Part shown: positions 41,501 to 52,125 of the stretch, piece by piece
Layout: each line of letters begins with the position of its first letter
How positions within the stretch are numbered: the stretch's first letter is position 1
From: Mytilus edulis
Taxonomy: Eukaryota
Direction: 5' to 3'
Assembly (NCBI RefSeq): GCF_963676685.1
Contig: NC_092344.1
Span: forward strand, 29,946,001-30,010,000
Length of the DNA stretch: 64,000 bases
Notes under the pieces: model-generated
The model's input: only the letters and a program-made list of their open reading frames with translations
Told to the model about the DNA's origin: nothing
The model's database searches: none
Made by a program: the position numbers and the translations under genes

Positions 41501-44208
41501 AATAAAACAATTCATGTTAAGTTACTGAGGAAATAACAATCTACCAGACGATGAGGAAGGGGCACAACTGGTGGTGGTGGTACTGGCTCTGTAAAAATAA
41601 AACAATTCATGTTAAGTTACTGAGGAAATAACAATCTACTAGACGATGAGGAAGGGGCCACAACTGGTGGAGGTGGTATTGGCTCTGTAAAAATAAAACA
41701 ATTCATGTTAAGTTACTGAGGAAATAACAATCTACTAGACGATGAGGAAGGGGCCACAACTGGTGGAGGTGGTATTGGCTCTGTAAAAATAAAACAATTC
41801 ATGTTAAGTTACTGAGGAAATAACAATCTACTAGACGATGAGGAAGGGTCCACAACTGGTGGTGGTGGTACTGGCTCTGTAAAAATAAAACAATTCATGT
41901 TAAGTTACTGAGGAAATAACAATCTACCAGACGATGAGGAAGGGGCACAACTGGTGGTGGTGGTACTGGCTCTGTAAAAATAAAACAATTCATGTTAAGT
42001 TACTGAGGAAATAACAATCTACTAGACGATGAGGAAGGGGCCACAACTGGTGGAGGTGGTATTGGCTCTGTAAAAATAAAACAATACATGTTAAGTTACT
42101 GAGGAAATAACAATCTACTAGACAATGAGGAAGGGGAACAACTGGTGGTGGTGGTACTGGCTCTGTAAAAATAAAACAATTCATGTTAAGTTACTGACAA
42201 AATAACAATCTACTAGACGATGAGGAAGGGGCACAACTAGTGGAGGTGGTACTGGCTCTGTAAAAATAAAACAATTCATGTTAAGTTACTGAGGAAATAA
42301 CAATCTACTGGATGATGAGGAAGTGGCCACAACTGGTGGTGGTGGTACTGGCTCTGTAAAAATAAAACAATTCATGTTAAGTTACTGAGGAAATAACAAT
42401 CTACTAGACGATGAGGAAGGGGAACAACTGGTAGAGGTGGTACTGGCTCTGTAAAAATAAAACAATGCATGTTAAGTTACTGAGGAAATAACAATCTACT
42501 AGACAATGAGAAAGGGCACAACTGGTGGTGGTGGTACTGGCTCTGTAAAAATAAAACAATTCATGTTAAGTCACTGAGGAAATAACAATCTACTAGACGA
42601 TGAGGAAGGGGAACAACTGGTGGAGGTGGTACTGGCTCTGTAAAAATAAAACAATGCATGTTAAGTTACTGACAAAATAACAATCTACTGGACGATGAGG
42701 AAGGGGAACAACTGGTGGAGGTGGTACTGGCTCTGTAAAAATAAAACAATGCATGTTAAGTTACTGAGGAAATAACAATCTACTAGACAATGAGGAAGGG
42801 GAACAACTGGTGGAGGTGGTACTGGCTCTGTAAAAATAAAACAATGCATGTTAAGTTACTGAGGAAATAACAATCTACTAGACGATGAGGAAGGGGCACA
42901 ACTGGTGGAGGTGGTACTGGCTCTGTAAAAATAAAACAATTCATGTTAAGTTACTGAGGAAATAACAATCTACTAGACAATGAGGAAGGGGAACAACTGG
43001 TGGAGGTGGTACTGGCTCTGTAAAAATAAAACAATTCATGTTAAGTTACTGAGGAAATAACAATCTACTAGACGATGAGGAAGGGGAACAACTGGTGGAG
43101 GTGGTACTGGCTCTGTAAAAATAAAACAATTCATGTTAAGTTACTGAGGAAATAACAATCTACTAGACAATGAGGAAGGGGAACAACTGGTGGAGGTGGT
43201 ACTGGCTCTGTAAAAATAAAACAATTCATGTTAAGTTACTGAGGAAATAACAATCTACTAGACAATGAGGAAGGGGAACAACTGGTGGAGGTGGTACTGG
43301 CTCTGTAAAAATAAAACAATGCATGTTAAGTTACTGAGGAAATAACAATCTACTAGACAATGAGGAAGGGGAACAACTGGTGGAGGTGGTACTGGCTCTG
43401 TAAAAATAAAACAATGCATGTTAAGTTACTGAGGAAATAACAATCTACTAGACGATGAGGAAGGGGAACAACTGGTGGAGGTGGTATTGGCTCTGTAAAA
43501 ATAAAACAATTCATGTTAAGTTACTGAGGAAATAACAATCTACTAGACGATGAGGAAGGGTCCACAACTGGTGGTGGTGGTACTGGCTCTGTAAAAATAA
43601 AACAATTCATGTTAAGTTACTGAGGAAATAACAATCTACTAGACGATGAGGAAGGGGCCACAACTGGTGGAGGTGGTACTGGCTCTGTAAAAATAAAACA
43701 ATTCATGTTAAGTTACTGAGGAAATAACAATCTACTAGACGATGAGGAAGGGGAACAACTGGTGGTGGTGGTATTGGCTCTGTAAAAATAAAACAATGAA
43801 TGTTAAATTACTGAGGAAATAACAATCTACTAGACGATGAGGAAGGGGCACAACTGGTGGTGGTGGTACTGGCTCTGTAAAAATAAAACAATTCATGTTA
43901 AGTTACTGAGGAAATAACAATCTACTAGACGATGAGGAAGGGGCCACAACTGGTGGTGGTGGTACTGGCTCTGTAAAAATAAAACAATGAATGTTAAGTT
44001 ACTGAGGAAAAACAATCTACTAGACGATGAGGAAGGGGCCACAACTGGTGGTGGTGGTACTGGCTCTGTAAAAATAAAACAATTCATGTTAAGTTACTGA
44101 GGAAATAACAATCTACTAGACGATGAGGAAGGGGCCACAACTGGTGGTGGTGGTACTGGCTCTGTAAAAATAAAACAATTCATGTTAAGTTACTGAGGAA
44201 AAACAATC
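35527..44208 (-). repeat. 95/96-bp tandem array (~91 units) derived from the 3' splice site and 5' part of the 84-nt exon
   Basis: Unit (+): gaggaaataacaatctactagacgatgaggaaggggcacaactggtggtggtggtactggctctgtaaaaataaaacaattcatgttaagttact. First acceptor at 35589, last at 44162: 8573 bp, about 90 intervals. Confidence 0.98.
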
Positions 44209-47200
44209 AACAACAGGTTTAAGAAGTGACTGCAACAGTGGTGTTCATGCAAGCTCTGTAAAAATAAGACAACTGCTGTTAAAGTTATTGACAATATTAT
44301 AACAATATTGTCAACAATGAGCAAAATCTCAACTGTATAGTAAGCTAAAAAGGCCTTTCATGACAAAATGAGAAAACAAACATACAAAACATTTATGAAA
44401 GACAGCTAAATAAATAAAGCAATGACATCCACTGAATTACAGGCTCTTAACTTTGGACATGCATTGCACAAAATGAGGCTGGGTTAAATATGTTTATAAC
44501 TATTACTGTTCTACCAGATGTGGCCTTGGAAACAGAAGTACTTTATATATATATGTATGCCAATAAATTGCTAGATAGCAATCCTTAACGTAACCCAATA
44601 AGTATTTTTTTAACTACTAAATATTTTTGATGAAGTCTTAAATAATCATTAATTCAGTGGGTAGATTGGTACAGCCATATTGTGGCCAATCATTATGATC
44701 AAGGGTACACAGTACTGAGTCTGTTTACCTATAACCTGTCCTTCAAGGATACCACACCTCATTAACTTACGTAAACCTAATTAACCCCTGACAGAAGACA
44801 TTAAACAAGCTCATACAACATATATATAAAATACAATTTAAAGGTTTAACTCTTTGATACTTATTCTAGAAATAGCTCCAGTGGCTGAAAATATAACAGT
44901 TCATGATGAACAGATGGCCCAGAACATGAAAATGTTACTTAGGATACTAAATCTAATATCGGTACATCAAAGTGGATACTTTTTTTATATAATAAGATAT
45001 CTGCAAAAGACTGTAATATGTATCTACTAGACAATTATCATTATAAGTACAATTTTGTCTACATAACATGAAAGTCATAATCCATGAAATTAGGGGCAAA
45101 ATATCTAATAACCCTTGTTTTGTTTGGTTGCTTCAGTGCAAAATAAGTGAAAGGAAACAAAACCCCAAGATACTCATACAAGAGGACAGTATATTTCATT
45201 TTCACAAATCACCAAAATTAATTTTGAAACCCAGTACAAAAAGACTGTAATTCTATGTTCTTTTATGTGCTACTTTTCCAAAACAGATTACATAAAATAG
45301 AAAAGGACTTTAAAATACCAGACTTTTCTTATCAATAATTAAATTTTGTGTATCATTATATCATCTATAATATAAAATGTATATATATCATTATTATTAG
45401 ATATATCCCAGCTTGCAGTATAACAATTAACAGATGAACTCACTGACACAGTGACCTACTGACATAATTGAAGATACACTTATAATTATACCACTATCAA
45501 GATAATAAAAATACCATAAACTTGATAGGAAGTTTAATTGGTTAAATCATTTAACATAGGATGTCTTGATAGAAAATTTATCTATAAAATGTCTTACTGT
45601 TGTAAAAGAATATCGATCAAATCCCAGATATATATGATTCATACAATGAAATCTTACATTTTAATGGAATCAGTAAAATACCTATCGATAGAAAACGTTA
45701 TGATATGTTTTAAAATATAAGGATTTCTGACTTTTAAAGGATCTGTTTACCAGGTTTTTAAGTATAACAACAGTATAAGAATCTACATTCTCAGAAAAAT
45801 ATAATTTTACAAAATATAATTTTCCTAACAAAAAAGAATTTAATTGGAATATTTCAATCTATAAATTAGCATTTTGATAATAAGCCTTTAGGTATTGCAT
45901 TACTTGACACAATTACTTAGACATTTAAACCTTTTGTTTCTTCCTATGGTTGCATAACACAAAAAAAATCATTACAATTTATTTTTCATGGTACCTTGTA
46001 GAATATACATATGTCGACTAAAAATAGATTACTTCCACTAAAATTTAACTTATTACAAAACAGATTATGCTGTATGGGCTTTGTTCATTGTTGAAGGCTG
46101 TACAGAGACATAACACTAAACAGATTTTATTGGTCTCTTGTGAAGAGATGTCTCATTAGCAATCCTTACCGCATCTTCTTTTTTATATTTAGTAATAGTT
46201 TCACATGTTTCCAAATCTATATTTCAGTAACTAACAAATTATTTCAGTCAACTTTTACACTTTCTGTCCGTAAGAACTATATCAACTCCAAAAAACTTTT
46301 TTGCTGGTGACTCACTATCAAGTGCAACAACTTGTTGTTAATGGTTTCTTTATTAGATATATTTGTATGCTTGTTTATTTTTAAGTCAGTTGTGTTGTCT
46401 GAAATGTATATTTACATAGTTTTTGTTGCTGGATCCCAATTATTGTCGCAGAACCTATCATGTCTGTTTGGGTAATTAATTGCTCATACAATATTTTGTC
46501 AATTGAACCAACAAGTGGTAGGTTCATCTAGATTATAAAACCTAATTTAGGTTTAACCCACTGTTTTCTTTTTGTAAAATGCCTGTACCAAGTCAGGAAT
46601 ATGACAGACATTTTCCATTCTTTCCAAATTGGTTGATATAAGTCTCACATTTGTTTTTGTCAGATTTTAATTGGACTTTCTCTTTTTGAATTTACTGTAA
46701 TCTAAGTTCTATATTTTTGTTAATGTTTTTTTAAGACTTCCCCTTTCAGAATAAACTGTAGATGTAGAATTCAATATTTTTGTTAATGTTTTGTTAGTAT
46801 TGTTTATATTCTGGTCATATTATCTACAGAGGGTCTCCTACATTTACAATAAGAAGATTAGAGTTTTATATTAGATCTACATATGTTCATCTGTAATTAC
46901 ATGTAGCCTACTTATTCCTCACCCAGAGAACTAAATCTGTGCTGATATTTTTACAATTATACAACTTTAATTACAGTCATATAAAGTTCAAATACAAAAT
47001 TACAGTAGGCAATGTAATATATATCCTGTATAGTTAAAGTTGACAAAAACTAGGATATAATAATATTACAGTCAACTCAAGTTCAATGGGTTGTTTTTAT
47101 TTTGTTGGAGTGTCTCAATGCAGACGAAAATAAAAAGTTGGCTAAAAATACACTAGACAATTGTTTCATTACTGAGGCAAAATTATCAAAAATCATCTTA

Positions 47201-48099
47201 TAATTTCATAAATTCAATTGAGACTCAAATTGGTCTGGGATAACTTGTTACTTGCTAAGTATATTCCTGTGTCAAATACATTGGTCACTATGACTAGGTC
47301 ATTAAAATGACCACTCATGTTTGTGATTAATTGTCCTTGCAGGCAAGCAATGGGTCTATTGTACCCTACTGACCTCAATATCTGTGAGATCAAATGATTA
47401 ATGGGGTAGAACCATAGGCTGTTTTATCAATCATATATTAATTGGACCAGAAAATGGATTTTCATTCAAACAAACAAATATTGTTAATTATTTATCTGCA
47501 CTACTTTTTATCTAAAGTTTAGTGAGACTGAGGTTGAAAAATGAGATTTAAAATATCCATATCAGATCAATTATGATTAAAGTTATAAAATGTGCTATGG
47601 CCCCAATCTGTTTTTCAAATGAAACTAATTAGTTTTAAATCATTTTTCTATCTATTTCACATATATCATTTTCAGGTTACAAAAAAGAAATATTGAAAAG
47701 TATTTTTCCTCCTCCAATCAAGGAGAGTTCAGAAAGTTGATAAGGTACACAGCCTGTCAAACTCTTATAGAAACTACATTAATCTCCGACATTAGATAGC
47801 AAATCTATTTGAAATTTGGTAATAATTACCTTTTTCTTAAATGTGTGTTTCATTCATAAATAAGAAATCTGATACTTATTTGTATGTGTTTAAAGTGCAA
47901 CAGAACTATTAACTAAGCTTTTACTGTGCACTACATCAGCTGTCTAAGTACAATATTGTCTCAAATATTTTATAAATCATTTCATTTAAGATAGATAATA
48001 TTGCATTTTCAGTAACTTTCATTCCCCCACTTAAATAGCCAAGGATTACTCACTATAAAACCAAGTACTGTTTTACTGTTAGACTGAGGGATAATATCA

Positions 48100-48838
48100 G
48101 ATTATTACATGGCATTTTTCATATCGCATGTATTATCAGCCCTAGGTTCAATATCAGCCCAAGAGCCGCATGGCTCGAGGGCTGATGTTGACCGAGTGCT
48201 GATTATACATGCGATATGAAAAATGACATGTTATGATCTTTTTATCATATGCTTCAACAATGGAGAAACAACAGATTCATATATTAATCCTTTCACGTGG
48301 TTCCCAAACAGAAGTTCAAAGAGTGAGAAGTTCACGGACGTAGGACCCCAAATTTAGTACATTCGACATGAAATCTTTCTACCATATGCCTCAACAGAGA
48401 AGAAAAACATTTAAATATGGACGAATTGACAAAAAAATTCATCAATACACATAATGAACACTATTAGGAAAAGTCAACTTTTTCAAAGTAACTTTCTAAA
48501 TTGTGTTTGAAACTTTTAAAAAATGCATTTATTTCATAATTTGTTTGTTTTTTTATTAATATTTTATACAATATACTTTTCAGTATCCAAATATTTGTTT
48601 TGTAATGTTTTTCACTGAAAACGTAGCATTGAGGTGTATTTTCCGGAATATGCCGAGTATCACCGGAATCGGCCATGCGATAACGTTACAGAAAGGCATG
48701 TGATAACAATCGAAGCATGTGATAAACTTTTCATATCAGCCCACTAAGCACCAATTCGATAAATATGGAATTTACGTAAATTTAATGCTATGATCATACA
48801 GTAAAAAATATATGTTATTTAGTCTAAGTATATGATAA
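48100..48838. mobile_element. Non-autonomous element with a long terminal hairpin, Crypton-like architecture
   Basis: ~60-bp-arm imperfect palindrome 48107-48231 (loop GCAT), then TTATCATATGCTT (~48242) inverted relative to AAGTATATGATAA (~48826-48838); CpG-richer than flanks. Confidence 0.55.
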
Positions 48839-49246
48839 CTAATTTTATCGTCTAGGTTGATGAAAAGAACTGAAATATGTGGACAATCTTTTAACAAGAA
48901 TAATAAAGAAACTTCTGTTCTTATTTCTAATGACTGTTATTAACAGGATAATTTGTTTTGTACTTTATATAAGAAGTCTCATTTATATAAGGATACTTGT
49001 GAAGACCCTATTTAAACCAGTAAAAAGATCATTTCTGGGATCAATCCAAAAAGGATGGATTTTTTTAGACTAATTTAAAGGATGATCCGTCTAAAAGTAA
49101 AAGTGACACATTTAGATATGAAAATATATCTGTGCAAGAGATGAAAATCATATAAATCTGTATATGTTTGGAAGCAAAAGCACAGCTGTGCTTAAAAAGA
49201 CATTATGGTTGGGAAAAAAGAAGAATTGTGGAGTGATGAACTGCCT

Positions 49247-50575
49247 TTTATCTTACTTATACTCTGGTATCCATGATCAGCTGATCAACCAAAGTTTATC
49301 TTACTTATACTCTGGTATCCATGATCAGCTGATCAACCAAAGTTTATCTTACTTCGTTATACTCTGGTATCCATGATCAGCTGATCAACCAAAGTTTATC
49401 TTACTTATACTCTGGTATCCATGATCAGCTGACCAACCAAAGTTTATCTTACTTCGTTATACTCTGGTATCCATGATCAGCTGATCAACCAAAGTTTATC
49501 TTACTTATACTCTGGTATCCATGATCAGCTGATCAACCAAAGTTTATCTTACTTATACTCTGGTATCCATGATCAGCTGACCAACCAAAGTTTATCTTAC
49601 TTATACTCTGGTATCCATGATCAGCTGATCAACCAAAGTTTATCTTACTTATACTCTGGTATCCATGATCGGCTAATCAACCAAAGTTTATCTTACTTCG
49701 TTATACTCTGGTATCCATGATCAGCTGATCAACCAAAGTTTATCTTACTTATAATCTGGTATCCATGATCAGCTGATCAACCAAAGTTTATCTTACTTAT
49801 ACTCTGGTATCCATGATCAGCTGATCAACCAAAGTTTATCTTACTTATACTCTGGTATCCATGATCAGCTGATCAACCAAAGTTTATCTTACTTATACTC
49901 TGGTATCCATGATCAGCTGATCAACCAAAGTTTATCTTACTTCGTTATACTCTGGTATCCATGATCAGCTGATCAACCAAAGTTTATCTTACTTATACTC
50001 TGGTATCCATGATCAGCTGACCAACCAAAGTTTATCTTACTTCGTTATACTCTGGTATCCATGATCAGCTGATCAACCAAAGTTTATCTTACTTATACTC
50101 TGGTATCCATGATCAGCTGATCAACCAAAGTTTATCTTAACTTATACTCTGGTATCCATAATCAGCTGATCAACCAAAGTTTAACTTACTTCGTTATACT
50201 CTGGTATCCATGATCAGCTGATCAACCAAAGTTTATCTTACTTCGTTATACTCTGGTATCCATGATCAGCTGATCAACCAAAGTTTATCTTACTTATACT
50301 CTGGTATCCATGATCAGCTGATCAACCAAAGTTTATCTTACTTATACTCTGGTATCCATGATCAGCTGATCAACCAAAGTTTATCTTACTTATACTCTGG
50401 TATCCATGATCAGCTGACCAACCTAAGTTTATCTTACTTATACTCTGGTATCCATGATCAGCTGATCAACCAAAGTTTATCTTACTTCGTTATACTCTGG
50501 TATCCATGATCAGCTGATCAACCAAAGTTTATCTTACTTATACTCTGGTATCCATGATCAGCTGATCAACCAAAG
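49247..50575. repeat. 48/52-bp minisatellite (~27 units) with a perfect 14-bp palindrome TGATCAGCTGATCA
   Basis: Unit tttatcttactt(cgtt)atactctggtatccatgatcagctgatcaaccaaag; measured spacings 48 and 52. Confidence 0.97.
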
Positions 50576-51825
50576 ACAAATCTCAGTGTTTAAACATAAA
50601 TTATATGCACTGATATATAAAAAAAAAAAAGAGTATCCATGATGAAATGCAGAAAACTGTTGTGCCTGAATAATAAAATGCACATGTTATCATATTCTTT
50701 TTTTATGATTGCTTGTTTTCAAAAAGTAAAGCAATTAGGTCAGACTCAGTGGTTCTTTTCCTTTTGTAGTGTAAACACACTGGATTCAAAAATATCCACT
50801 GGGTCAACCCAATGAAAAGTTAAATTGATTGTGTTCTTATTACTGTATGTTATATTATGCTCTATGTCAAGACTAACTTTTAAAAGTACATTCATTTTTA
50901 CCTTTTTAGAAGGTCAATAAAAATAGACTGTTGTTTAATTCTATCAAGAACTCCTCATAATGCTACTATTTTAATAAAATTTATTCATAGTAAATGACTG
51001 CATGATAAATCATATGACTACAGGCTGATAAAATGAAATTAGGAATTACATAAATTAAAGCACTGTTTGGGATAAAATTGCAATCAACATGTAAAAGCAT
51101 GCTCTTTTGTTTATATTCTTTTTCAAACAATGTAGAGTTTTAAAAATTCTAAATAAATGCTATCTTATTTTACAAAAATAAACCCTTTCAAAGAAAATTT
51201 AATCTTTTTCTTTTGTTCCAAAGTCAGAAAAACCTTTTAGTACTTGTTTGACCCCCATATGGCCTTGAATCTTAACAAAGGCAGCAAGCAATTTTCTGCC
51301 CCATTGACCCATCTGTCAATATGATGACCACAAACAAAGACCTGCATGTTTTACAAAGAAGCCAGACCTTGATAAAAGTTTTAGTTCACTGAATTTCAAT
51401 GGTCTAACATAAGTATCACACTGACTTACAATCAAGTTCTAACTTGTGTGTCCTTGACATCTTTCAGTTCATTAGGTCACAGATGTTAATCTTTCAAAAA
51501 TAAAATATTTAGAAGAAAAAAAGAAAATCACATAGGTTACTACAATAAACAAACCTAAACTTTGTCATTACTTATAACACAGTTTAAGTTATCAATTTGA
51601 GTTTTAACCTAATTTACAGAAAGTTGGAGCTCTGAAAACATAACATGTAAACTGATAAGCTTAAAATTAAACCTTCCTTTGATTATGGTTTTGCTCATTG
51701 TTGAAGGCTTGTCATTTACCTATAATTGTTTAAACTTGTACACTCTTTAGTCTCTGATGGAGAGTTGACTACGACATCGGCACTGACATACCACATATTC
51801 TTATTCATACATATCGGATGATACC

Positions 51826-52125
51826 ACCTCTGTGGCCTGTTTGCCTAAGTGCGAGAGTTTGTGGGTTCTAGAAACACAGACAGGTAAAACCAAAGACTTC
51901 AAAATTGATATTTGCTGATTGAAGACTTTGCACAGCATGCAGTATAATTTGAAGGAGTAAAAGCAAACACTGGTCACTTACAAGTCATAATAAGGTGTCA
52001 AGTTGTCTTTGGAACTAACACATTAAAAATCCTGCTCGGTATGTCAGTCTATTTCATAGCAGGGTAATTATTATATTACATTAACATGTTATGGTCCTAA
52101 ATTAGCTGCTGGACCTTAAAGCAGC
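51826..52125 (+). mobile_element. Degenerate tRNA-derived SINE with V-domain-like core
   Basis: B-box-like GGTTCTAG followed by GGTAAAACCAAAGACTTCAAAATTGATATTTGCTG..AAGGAGTAAAAGCAAACACTGG, resembling the V-SINE core (from recall). Confidence 0.5.

Noticed and set aside
36465-44087. Read-through repetitive protein from the 95-bp array (ORFs such as MNCFIFTEPVPPPP...)
   Set aside because: 95 is not a multiple of 3 and stops occur every 1-3 units. These ORFs just reflect the exon-derived sequence.
49247-50575. CRISPR-like array with palindromic repeat
   Set aside because: No unique spacers, no cas genes, eukaryotic context. The same applies to the 95-bp array.
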